A stretch of DNA of 35,160 bases, taken from NCBI RefSeq assembly GCF_001194135.2, contig NC_068998.1, positions 10,007,843 to 10,043,002 of the forward strand. The letters are read 5' to 3'. Origin of the DNA: Octopus bimaculoides (lineage: Eukaryota). Under the pieces are notes generated by a model. It did no database searches, was not told where the DNA came from, and saw only the letters and a program-made list of their open reading frames with translations. The translations under genes were made by a program, and so were the position numbers. Shown here one piece after another: positions 11,755-24,564 of this stretch (the first letter of the stretch is position 1; the number at the start of each line of letters is the position of its first letter).

Positions 11755-14098
11755 TTATAATGAGTAATACTGCAACAGGGAGGAATATATGCACGACAGA
11801 AACCAGGAAACCAGTCTTATGCTCATTACAGAGTAATGTGGACTAACCTAACCTAATGTAGTCATAAGGTCACAATGAAAAGGATTACTTGATTAAAATT
11901 TGACCCCAGTACTTGGCTGGTATTTTCCTTCATTAACCCTAGAGAGATGGAATGTGGTGGTGGTGGTGGTGGTGCATGGAAATCTTACCCGTTACATTTG
12001 CTGAAGAAGTTAACAGTAATATTTTCATTGTTTTCAGCTCTTAGTTGGACTCGACGTACAATTGCCTGCAGAAAAAAAAATAGTAGAAATATCATTAGTA
12101 ATAATAAAAATAATACTGAAATTTTGTTGGGGTGGGGCTAACCAATTACATTGACTCCAGTCCTAAACCTGGTAATTATTTCTTATTTTATGAACCATGA
12201 AAAAATAACTGGCAAGGTCAACCTTGGCAGAATTTGAACTCAGAACATACTATGAAATACTATGAAGCATTTTAACCAGTGTATGAACAAAACTATGAAG
12301 GACAGATTAATATATTATTTACATTATTTACATTTGACGGATATTTGTCCTCATCTTGTTTGTTGTTAACACAAAGTTTCGGCTGATATACCCTCCAGCC
12401 TTCGTCAGGTGTCTTGGGGAAATTTTGAACCTGGGTTCTCATTCCTAACGATGTTACTATTATTATATTATTATTATTATTACTATTATTAATCAGGTCG
12501 CTGCCGTGAATCGAACTCGGAATCTTGGGGTTAGTAGCCCGCGCTCTTAACCACTACGCCATATGCCTCCTGACGAAGGCTGGAGGGTATATCAGCCGAA
12601 ACGTTGTGTTAACAACAAACAAGATGAGGACAAATATCCGTCAAATGTAAATAATGTAAATAATTCCTCATCTCTTAAATATAGAACTAGATTAATATAT
12701 GTCCTCCATGGTTGTGTTTTAAGAGGGTTTTCTGTAAAGAATTAGGATAACTTAGAAGATTAGTGGGGAGCATTAGATTTTATTTTAAACAACTGTATCT
12801 TAATATCATGTAAACCTATTTAGTAGAAAAACAAACATGGCAACTATTTCTCTGTAGATTGAAAATAATCATGAGCTGTGATCAATTCATTTGACTAAAT
12901 ATTCTTCATGGCAGTGTTTCAACATGGCTGCAGTCTTATGGCTGAATCAAGCAAAAGATATAAGATAAAAGAGCCCTAATTGATTTTTGAACCTTGCTTG
13001 GTTTTCATCATAGTTGTGTACATCACTTGACCAACACTTCAGAAATAAGTAGCTAGTCTGTTTCAATACACAACAAAACCAGTAGCTTCAGAAAACGAGT
13101 TATTAATTTGTATACAATAAATGTTTTAAGTCTTTATTTAATATTAGTAACTTTTGAACAGGAATTCCAGTCCACACACAGTTTCAAGGTATGTAAGTTT
13201 ATGGCAAAGACAAATAAATATGACAAATTGAACAAGGATCCTAGTTCACTTACAGTCTCAAGGTGATGTATGTAAACATATGCTGTAGATTACCGGAATT
13301 TGAACTCAGAACGTGAAGATCAATGAAATACTACCAAGCATTTCGCCAGGCGTGCTAACGTTTCTGCCAAGCACCACTCTAATAATACTACCAACACATA
13401 CCTAAACAGTAACAATCCTTTCTCCTAAATGTACAAGACCTGAAATTTCGGAGGAGCTGGTCTAGTCGAGTACGTCGACTCCAATATTTCACTGATACTT
13501 AATTTATCGACCACGAAAGAATGAAAGAAAAAAGTAATGATACTATACAAGCCGATTAATATAACCATGAATTACGTTACCAAAACTAATAGCTCTAAAG
13601 CACTTACTTTTACTTAATGTCATGAGTCTATTATTGTTTTCGAAGAACTTCGCCCAGCAAAAGGCTTCCACTAGATTAGAAACGCTTCTGAACAAGTGTT
13701 TCGGCAACGTACGAAATATTTGTATGCGTGCAAGAAAGTCTTCTAAGGGAAGTAACTCTAAGTGACTAAGATACGTATAAAAGTTAATGGTAGTAGCTTC
13801 CCTTGATTGAAGAGTTACTGATACACGAAAAGTGTATTTCTTTTGAACATCTAATATATTAGTTATCTCCCTTGACTTGTCGAAACGTGCCATGCGCGTT
13901 CAACTTTTTATGGACTTCGTTCTGGGAAGCAAGGTTGACAGAAAACATTCAATGAAGTGGGTTACGATAAGAATCAATGATCTCTTCATTTTGGACTAAT
14001 TGCGCCTTAAAACTTCTATTTCTGAAAGTAAGGATCATATTCAATATCACATTGGATCAACAGCTAAGCTACGATCAGCGTACAAGCAACCGTTTGAT

Positions 14099-14139
<41 letters not shown>

Positions 14140-14262
14140 GTTAAAAGACTGGTACGTATCCAATTGGATATTTATTTGAACATTCTCTCAGAGTATTCTA
14201 CTAGCCAATCGCATGGTGTAAGCTACTGAAGTAATGATGACGTGATCATGATCCTAACTAAC

Positions 14263-14303
<41 letters not shown>

Positions 14304-16379
14304 TCATCGNNNNNNNNNNTAAGTTTAGGCACCAGAATTAAGTATGGTATTATCCAGACAATTCCAAAATAAGGTGATTAAAAATCAAAATAAGCAACAT
14401 GGATATTCAAGGTTAATGCAGTACGATCGTTTCATGCGACTCCATTTATTTAAGCAATGCGAGCATTATATGAAATGTAAAATTTAGAGCAATTCTCAGC
14501 TGCACAAAGATATAGAAATTTACTGAAATTTCATTTCAACAGAAGGACATATTATCGTAACTACATTTAAACTCTCCAAGTAGAAAGGAAGAATACAAAA
14601 AAACCATTTTGACTTAGCCAGACCATACAGGCTAGTCTGTTTAATGAGTTTAATGAGTTGTTGTTACTGAAGTGAAGTTAAATAACTGGAGTTTCTGAGC
14701 AGAAGCTACTGAGCTGGGATTACTGAAATTAAGTTAACGAGCAAAGGTTAATGAGCTAAGGTTACTGACTTGATGTTACAAAACTAAGATTGCATTAGAA
14801 GTTAGAGAACTGAAAATGTATACAAGTGAAATGTGTGCATGTATTAAATGTGACAGAGAGTATGTGGCTTAGTGGTTAGGGCATTTAGCACACAATCATT
14901 AGATCATGAGATCGATTCTCAACAGTGCGTTGTGTCCTTGAGCAAGACACTTTATTTCGTGTTGCTCCAGTCCACTCAGTTGGCAAAAACGGGTTTTATC
15001 TGTATTTATTTCAAAGGGCCAGCCTTATCATATTCTGTGTCACACTGAATCTCCCAGAGAACTATATTAAGGGAATGCATTTCTTTTGGGTGCTCAGCTA
15101 CTTGCATATTAATTTCAAGAGCAGAATGTTTTGTTGATCAGATCAACTGGAATGTTCATGATTGTGGCTGATGGAGTGAGGAGAGCAAGAAGAGAGAAGC
15201 CAGCATGTAATGTAAAAAGTATGCAATAATTTACCTGATAATTTGACTTAATAACATCTAAAATGTTAGCTGAGTCTTTCTGTAGTGTTGTCACAGTGGA
15301 ACCAAGCAGGAAGGTCGATAGATGCTTGTATGTTATCATTTGGTCTTTGGGAACAGCAAATATTACATTGACCTTTTTCGAATTGACCTGAGATCTGATC
15401 TGGCTGACAGACGGGTAGTCCTGCAAAGATAAAACAAAGACTTCTATCAGATGGAAAATATCTCCATCAAGAAATAAGAAGTTAATAAAACAGACTTTAC
15501 ATGGTCACATGGCATGCTGCAAGAAATGATTGAATCTCCCTCAAATTACACCAGGATCTTTTTTTATTCAATTCCTAATAATTTTTAATGATAAAAATGT
15601 AATGGGATTTTTATAAACATCAAATCATTATGGGTGTCCAGTAGAGTAAAGTAAGAATCAAAGGAGCTCATAGGTACAAAAATGGTTGAGAAACACTCAT
15701 TGGGAAGAAGATAAATTTCATCTTTGTTTACAGGAGAAGAGAGCTATGTACATGTTTTGGTCTTTTAGGCCTCATCAACATAGTACTTATCTATATATAT
15801 AAAACAAAAGATTCTGTATATCTGTGTGTCTGTTTGTGTGTGTGTAGGGTCATTATGCATTTCCACATTTTTCAACCAATTTTACTCAAATTTGATACAC
15901 TGATAGCTTATGCTCCAAGAGTGGTCATGACCTAGTAGCACCATATTTTTTCAGCATGCAGTGACCATCTAACTAAAATATGTATGTTCTTTTCTCACCT
16001 CATCTTTTTTTTCTGTTGAAGAGTGTATGTTCGAAACATAAAAGACTTTTCCTTTTATTTTTCCTGAACGTAAACCTAATATATTCTGTTTGTTTTTATC
16101 TAGTCTTCTTGTTGTTTATAAATTTTGCACCTAAGTACTCATCATCTACTCAAAACTTCCTGATCAACAGACAAATATTTCTACATATTTAAAAATAGCA
16201 CTACAAATAATTTGAAGCCTGTATAATTCAAATAATTAAAAATAAGATTATCAACAGCATTCACTAAGTCACCACATAAATTCATTGTCCAAATACATGT
16301 CATTGGTCTATTTGAATTATTTCCCTTAACCCCTTTTATTTTAGAGAATTTCGTAGATGAAAACTATGTGGATGCTCAT

Positions 16380-16421
<42 letters not shown>

Positions 16422-17138
16422 TGTACATGTGTGTATGCGTGTGGGTATGCCTTTTCTGTTTTTTGCCTCTCCTCATTGTTTGACAACTGGTGTTGGTTTG
16501 TTTACATAACCTAGCAGTTCAGCAAAAGAGAACCAATACACTAAGCATGAGACTGAAAAAAAAAATACTAGGGTCAACCTAGTCAACTAAAAACCCTTCA
16601 AAGTGGTGCTCCAGCATGGCTGTAGTTCAATGAGTGAAACAAGTAAAAGATTAAAGAATAAATATATTGTCATTTAGCCCCAGGAGAATCCAGACTGAGT
16701 ATAACTATGACATTCCAGCTATGATCATTTTTACCTTTTCTAGGGACTACAACACGTAATGTGTCCTTCCTTTTTTCAGATGATAGTGTGAAATTTCAGG
16801 GAAATTTGGCAGCTATTTCTACAAGGTCAAGCAACCAAAAACCAGATAGAGTCTCCCAACAAAATAATATTTTGGGGAAAGGTGATGAATTAGCAATTAA
16901 AATAATAAATTGGAACAGAAATAGATAATGGAGAATAGAATTCATGCTTTACAAATTGTGGCTTACATCTTGCCATGCATCACTGAGTTTCATTTATTGC
17001 TTCAGAGAATCTAAAACATGTCATCAACTTTGTGTCCTCCGATTAAAAACCATTAAACCATAAAACTACATCTAGGAATGTTAGAGAGTATTTAGGTCAT
17101 GAATAGATAGGCTATAAAAATATTTTGTTTGATGTGAC

Positions 17139-17197
<59 letters not shown>

Positions 17198-20100
17198 CAT
17201 ACACACACACACACATTTCTTTGTCAGCATAAATAGGATTGCTAATTTGAAGAATTATAAATGTGTGTGTGTGTCTATACATACTTTCATACATACATAC
17301 ACACATACATACATGTACACACATAAACATACACACACACACACACACACACGTTTGTATTTGTATGTGTGTGGCTTGATTGGAAGAATGTGATTTCGAT
17401 TCCTGGAACAGGTAATGCACCGCATTTTGAGCAAAACGTTTCATTTTATATTGCTCCAGTCCACTCTGCCGACAAAAGTGAGTAATCCTGTGACAGACTG
17501 ACATCTTGCTCAGGTGGGAAACACAGACACCACAGAATCCACAAAACCAGCCTTCTGAGCCTATGGGCCTATGACTCGAGTAAAAAACCTCTGCTCTCTT
17601 AATAGATATATGTATGCCATAAAATATATACAATTACAAATGAACTACTATTGAATTCACCCTTTAAGATACATAATGTTATGAACTGAGCCTGAAAGAT
17701 TGCTTGAGATACCAACATGCCATGTATCTCAAGCAATCTTTCAGGCTCAATTGTGTCCTCATGGGTTATAAGGCACAGCTGTGACTGACCTACTGACCCA
17801 AAGACACCTTTGTTTTAGTCTTCTATTATGGGTCAGATAGAATTCACTGAGGCGGATTTTTTGTGGCCAGATGCCCTTCTTGTCATTAAGCATCACCTAT
17901 TTCCAGGTAAGATAAGTATTTTCCCATGGCTGGAAGACTGGAACCAAACGACACTGTTTCTACAATGGCAACACCCCTTTACAATCATCACATGATGAGA
18001 GGAGGAGGAGGAGACTAATAGACACCACTCATCCACCCACACACACACACACATACATACAAGCAGGCTTCTTTCACTTTCCAGCTACCAGATCTATTCA
18101 CAAGGTTTTGGTCAATTCAGAAATTTGCCAAGGTGCCAAGCAGTGAGATTGAATGTGGAAACATGGGTTTTACTAAGGTAAAACCAGAAATGAAGAAAGG
18201 CGAAATCCAAGATACCTGTACTTTACTCTCAGAGTATTCCCCAGCTGCTGTTAAATGACATTGCTCATCGTTTGGTTTCACAACTCCGAGTAACTGAATA
18301 ATAAAGAGAAGACAATAAAGAGATTCAGTCAAAGGATTGTGTTATATACAAAGGATCACAGTATGAAAATATCTGAAATAAGCAAGATTAAAGCTTAGAC
18401 ATGATGTGGTGATATAAGCAAGGAAAGTGAGGCTTGGAGAATATTTACATCTGAAGGCTGCGTTGAATGAATCAGGCAAAGATTCATGTAAAGAGACCAG
18501 TAATTGCTTCTCTTTAATGAAAGCTAGAAGGAGCAGAAGTAACTGAAACAAGCAAAAGAGTATATCCAGTTCACATTAGTGGTGAAGGTGGTGGTGGTGG
18601 TGGTGGTAGCAGTGGTGGTGACGGTGGTAATGTTGGTGGTGGTGGTGGTGGTGGTGGTGGTAATGGAGATATTGACTGTTGCTGCTGTTTTGTTTCTCTT
18701 TTAGTTCCAGGTCATCCCTTATCAAAGCAGAATTATGGTCAAAGATATTCCAGCCATCCATCCCCCCCCTTCCCCCAGATTCTTTTGTTCATTTTTTTGG
18801 CAGGCATAGTTTATCTAAGGTTACCATCACCCAGTGTGTGCAAAGGGTGTGTGTGTGTGTGTGTGTGTGTGATATGAAGTCACACTTATTCTGCCTTTTC
18901 CAGGCAGGGGTCAAAGGATCATAGTGAGGGGTGAGAAGAGGAGGAGATAGTGAAGAGGAAGGAGAGGAAGAAGAAGAAGAAGAACAACAACAACAACAAT
19001 AGTAACAACAACAACACTCACAAACATACACAAACACAAACACATGCACACACACACACACGTACACACACACACACACATGTACACACACCCAGACAGA
19101 CAAACACATGCACACACACAAACACACACACACAAACACAAACATACACACACATACACAAACACACGCACACATACACACACACATACACACACAGACA
19201 AACACACATTGTATTATGTGGGTGGAACAGAGAGGCAAAAGTTAAAGAAGCAGAAAAAGACCAAAAAATAAAAAATAAGACAACAGAAGACAACAAATAA
19301 AGTCAGAATAAGAGGAAGAAAGAGGAAAAGAGGAGTGAAGCTATTTAGAGATAAAACAAGGGTCTCTGAATCATAACAAGTGATTTGAAACCATAGCAAC
19401 TGAGTGTGTAGTGTGTGTGTGTGTGTCTGTGCATGTGTGTGTGTTTCCACATGTGTAGTGAGTATGTATATCTGTGCATCATGTACAGCGTGTATGTGGT
19501 GTGTTTGTGTGTGTATGTGTGTGTGTGTGAGTGTGTGGCATGGTGTGTATTGTGTGTGTGTGTGTGTGTGTGTTGTACAGAGATAAAACTGCCATCTCCT
19601 GAGTGTTTGACCTAGGAGAGAAGGGAATGCCTAATAAACAGCACCTGCAACCACCACCACCACTCCCAGAAAAAAAAGGGGACCATCAGAAGCCAATACA
19701 TGGTCACTCGAGTTGCTAGAAATCACAGCCGAATCTCCCCCCAAAAAATCACACTCTATTATCTTAAAAATGAACATGTTGGACAATGTAGTCCTAGGTT
19801 CACTGAATAGAAATAAGAATGGGATGGTCATGGCTGGAATACCTTTGCTAATAGTTCAGCTGAATCAGGGATGACCTAGGGCTAAACAATTGCCAAAATA
19901 ATAGACTGACAGAAACTGCTGTACCTTTCCTGAGCCTGCAGTATGGAAGGAGCTACCAGCAATAAAAAGGACCAGTTTTCTTGATTTGCTTCGCCAACCA
20001 ATTTGCTAAAAAGAGGATAAAATTAATAATAATAATAATAATTTTTTTATTGATCACAAAGACTCATAAAATTCAAAACATGTCATACAAAAGTGGCTAC

Positions 20101-23100
20101 GTATATCAATATACAGGGTGTTCAGGCCAAATTTGATGATTTTTTTTATATCTCCCTTTTATTTTATTTTTTTCAGGAACAGCTTCATGTATTGGTGAAC
20201 AGTCAATTCATTTTATTAACCCATTACCTCCCATAATTCTATTAACTGGAATTTCTTTTATGAGACTTTGATTTCTAGCATAAAACAGCCTTAGAAACAT
20301 GCTGGAATGATCAAAATAACATTTCAAAATAACATTTTAAATAGAAATAAGCAAGATATTGGGTGAAAAATTAGCGAACCTCATTTGAATATCAGAGAAA
20401 TATACCTAGTAGATATAGCAAAAAGGTTAGATATGTGTAAATATTCACAGATAATTACGAAATTTGTAATTTTTAAGTGATCTCATATGAGATCACTGGT
20501 AGGTAATGGGTTAACCATGAGGTTGAGAAAAAGAGGGGATGAAACGAAGACAGACAAAACAAACATTGGGGTCAGGGGGATCGAATGAGATGAAATGTAT
20601 GAATAAACAAACAATTAAAATATATACAATTAAATGAGAATGAGTGATTTACAAAAAATGAAGCGGAGGACGCGGTCGACCCCACAAACCACATAATGGT
20701 ATTGGAGAACATAAAGATTAAAGTTGTATTTGAGAAACTGGTGGCTGACTTGGAGGACTGGAAGCCATTTAAATATTGGTAAAGGGTTACTCATGTCATG
20801 ATGACCAATGCCAAGTACTAAAATGCTGGCATCGTGACAACTGCTCAATGCTCTATGAACACTGTAAAGGGTGTAAGACATGACATGGACATCATGAAAA
20901 CCAAGTTCCCCGAAACTGTGATGGTTGGTCTTTGTGTATGTCACCAGTGAAGGTGACATCATGCCACCCCATATTTTTGAACAGGGCCTTAGGATCAATT
21001 CCATAGTAGCTGGAGTCTGTGGTCAATCCCATGTGTTGGAGAAGTTTGCTGCTGGAATGCCATATGTGTGACAGCAGGCTTCAGCTCCTTGCCATATGTC
21101 CAGAAAGAGTTAGAAGTGGTTGTAGGAGAAGTTCTACAACTTTATCAGTTTCTAACCTAATTCCTCCATTTATAATCCCATGGTTGAGGAAGACACCAAC
21201 GTCTCTGCCTGTAACACCAAGGCCAAGCTGGTGGCTGATGTCAAGGAGGTGTTCAAAGACCTTCCCCAGGGCACTGTGAAGAATGCACACACTAGATTTT
21301 AGAACCTCCTTGAAGCTGTGTTGGAAGCTGAAAGCAGCTACATTGAATAAACTGTTATCTCCTCGGTATAATCTAGTTGGTATCTTTATATTTTTTAAAA
21401 ATACTTTTATCATTTTTTTCACCAACTAGAGTAACTTGGGACTTATGAAAGGAAATCTTTATATTATTATTCAGAGTATATGAAACAAGGGTAAACTAAA
21501 AGTCTGAAACCAAGTATGGACGTTTAGTCCAAACTTACAAAAAGGCTTTGGACAAGCAAAGGGTTGACCCTTTATTTCATGTGTATCAACACATGTGTAA
21601 CACAGGTCATATTTTCTTGGCATCCATGCATCATATATGATACATATTCCCAATTTTTTTCACCGACTAGAGTAACTTGGGATTTTTAAAGGGAAAGCTT
21701 TATATTTATTACTCAGAACTTATGAATCATGGGCTGGGCTAACTAAAAATCTGTAAGCAAGTAAGGACATTTAGGACAAACTTATGAAAATACTTTGGAC
21801 AGGAGAAGGTTAAGGTATTTAATGTAAGGGGCACAAAAGCAATTTAAAGGGTCAGTTTACTCAAAGATAAGGAATGTATATTCTGTATTTAGAAATGTGA
21901 GAAAACTCCTGTTGCTACTTACTTTGCAAACCAATGCTTGCATGAGAGCATCAAACCCAGCTTCAGGAATGTCATTGCTGCCAGAGATTTCGGCTGCAGC
22001 TACCATTTGCTGGATTTCAAAGGAAGACAAATGATTAGACTTAACATATAACAACAATAACAACATCAACTACAAGTTAATGAGAGGGCCTCGAAATACT
22101 TGCTAGACCTGTTAGAAATAGCAGTCAAATCTTCCTTAAATTACACCTTACCAACTTAAAAAAGAAAGGGCATTGCATAGTGTACAGGGTGTCCACAAAG
22201 TCTGGCTACATGCAGTAAATAAAATCATAACATAAACAATTAAATATAAGGAATAATAATTTCTTAAAGTATGTGTTAATCCCCATGTACCCAGACTTTG
22301 TGGACACCCTGTAGTTTTAGATGTATATACTCATTGATCACAGGCGTTTTCTTCCTCCAAAAATGCAGTGATAAATGAATCAGTGATAACTAAATCATCT
22401 CCATGAACTTTGTAAAGAGAACAAATGGTAGATTCCTTGACACAAAACTCACAGATCGGAATCCATTTCTTTAAATGGAAGACAAAGCAAGTTCTTATAG
22501 AGAATGTTGTAGTCACTTGACTCTTTCGCCTTCAGATTACTGTGTCAAATACAATGCTTATCTATTCACCCTGTGTTGAATTAGTCATGCATTATCTCAT
22601 AGCTCTGAGATTTCAATGCTGCATCTGCTCGTTTTTAGAATGACATTGTAGGGTAGGCATGAAAGGCCAGAATCTGGCCAGTTTGACCACAAAACAGGTA
22701 GAATATTCTGACTAGATATGGCTAGTTTAAATGATAAAGTATGAAACTGTTCCCAATATAGAATACTCTTGAAATTCTTCAAACCAGCAAAAGGAAGTCA
22801 TCATCCTCATCATCACCACTGCCGCCGCCGTCGTCGTCATCATTCTGGCATAGGTTGAATAGTTTGATGGGGCTGGTTAGGCAGAAGACTACACCAGGCT
22901 TCACTGTCTGTTTTTGGCAGGATTTTTATGGCTGGACACTCTTCCTAACACCAACCGTTTTACAAAACCAAACCAAACAAAGGAAAAAAATAGGGGCACA
23001 CAAATAAGAAGGAAAGATATTATGCTTACAGAGAATTTGGTACCATTTGGAGACAGTCTCATGACATGTCGGTAATCAAAAGTCAGAGCACAGTCATGGC

Positions 23101-23287
23101 ACCTGAGTAAAAGAGAATCAAAGAATATATTTGAAAATTAAGCTAAACGAAATTGAAGAAAAGTCAGGTGAGCATTTTTCTAATAATATACATACACATA
23201 TACACATGCACTACATAACCATGTGTGTATGCATATGTATGTATATACAATATATATATACACATGCATATATCTTATATATATATG

Positions 23288-23335
<48 letters not shown>

Positions 23336-23770
23336 TAGAGAGATAGCCTAATTTATATGTTTGTATATGTGTGTGATGGCTCATCTATATAAATAAAATC
23401 CATTTTGCGATCTGGCAGATGTTAGTCCAATTTCCTCCCTCGCCATACCCTCCTCTTCTCACGATGTTAGCGTTCCAATAAAAATAAGTAAATGAAAAAT
23501 ATGATGCTGACTGTCTGCTGGTATCTGTGTATATGTGTGTGTATGTGTGTGTATGTGTGAGTGCATGCGTGTATACGTATAACTGTACGAGACTGTGTTC
23601 AAGTGTTTGTATGTGCATGTAACTGAATGAGACTGCGTGTATGCATGCACATACCTTTACAAGACTGTGCGGTTGTGTGTCACCGTGTAACTATGTGAGA
23701 TTAACTGGAAGTAACCGAAGTATTATTTCACAAATTGTGAGCAGATGATAGTTGTATGTGTGTATATCTG

Positions 23771-23808
<38 letters not shown>

Positions 23809-24112
23809 CCACACACACAGCCCCTCGTTCTTCGATCACCGTTCTTTCTCCCCCCTTTGTTATCTCCCCCTTTTCTTAGCTCTCATGTGTAAAATTTCTA
23901 ACTTCCGGTCAGCCATTACTATGATTGACCGTTGACTGGACACTATTCAATTTTTTTTCTCCGTGTTTTTCTCCTTGTCTCCGTATTCTTTCTGTTGAAG
24001 AGCGTAGCTCAAAACGTCAAAGACTTTCCGTATTCCCGAGCGTCATACTAATACATCCTTTTGTTATTTATACCACCTGTCCTCGTCTGTTGTTGTTTTT
24101 TCGTACATTCTC

Positions 24113-24152
<40 letters not shown>

Positions 24153-24494
24153 AAACAATATTCATTTTGTACATATATAAATATATGCGTGAAAGTGCAT
24201 AGCCTAGTGGTTAGGCTGTTGCACTGATGATTACAAAGATCATTATTTCAATTTCCAGACTGGGTGGCACATTGTATTCTTGAGCAAAACACTTTATTTT
24301 ATGTTGCTCCAGTCCACTCAGCTGCAAATGGGTGACCTTGCAACAGACTGGCATTCCATTCAGGGGAAATATTGGCCTGCCTATCTTAGCAAGTGGGGTG
24401 GTATCATTCGAAAGTTACAACAATGCAAAGCAGCTTGTGACCAGCAATGTACAACAGTATCCGATATTGATTGATACCATGATACCTCACGATA

Positions 24495-24564
<70 letters not shown>

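Larger units (their letters stand above)
12316..12688 (-). mobile_element. tRNA-headed SINE with a Penelope-like, hammerhead-bearing tail and an inverted 5' copy of the tail; flanked by a 12-bp TSD
   Basis: Minus strand: tRNA-like head 12567-12496 (A box TGGCGTAGTGG, B box GAGTTCGATTC), (AAT)n spacer, then the tail. 12314-12409 and 12569-12664 are inverted repeats (95/96 identical). AGATTAATATAT occurs at 12304-12315 and 12689-12700. Confidence 0.8.

Noticed and set aside
12496-12567. tRNA gene (apparent ACT anticodon loop)
   Set aside because: The acceptor stem pairs poorly and the sequence runs straight into (AAT)n and a repeat tail; it is a SINE head, not a functional tRNA.
13543-13893. 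116-aa minus-strand [12 protein letters not shown]...
   Set aside because: No recognisable domain; it lies within a probable unclassified repeat inside an intron.
17112-19615. Many ORFs rich in CV, HT, YI or poly-H/N/K
   Set aside because: These are translations of microsatellites; ORFs with X runs are artefacts of N gaps.
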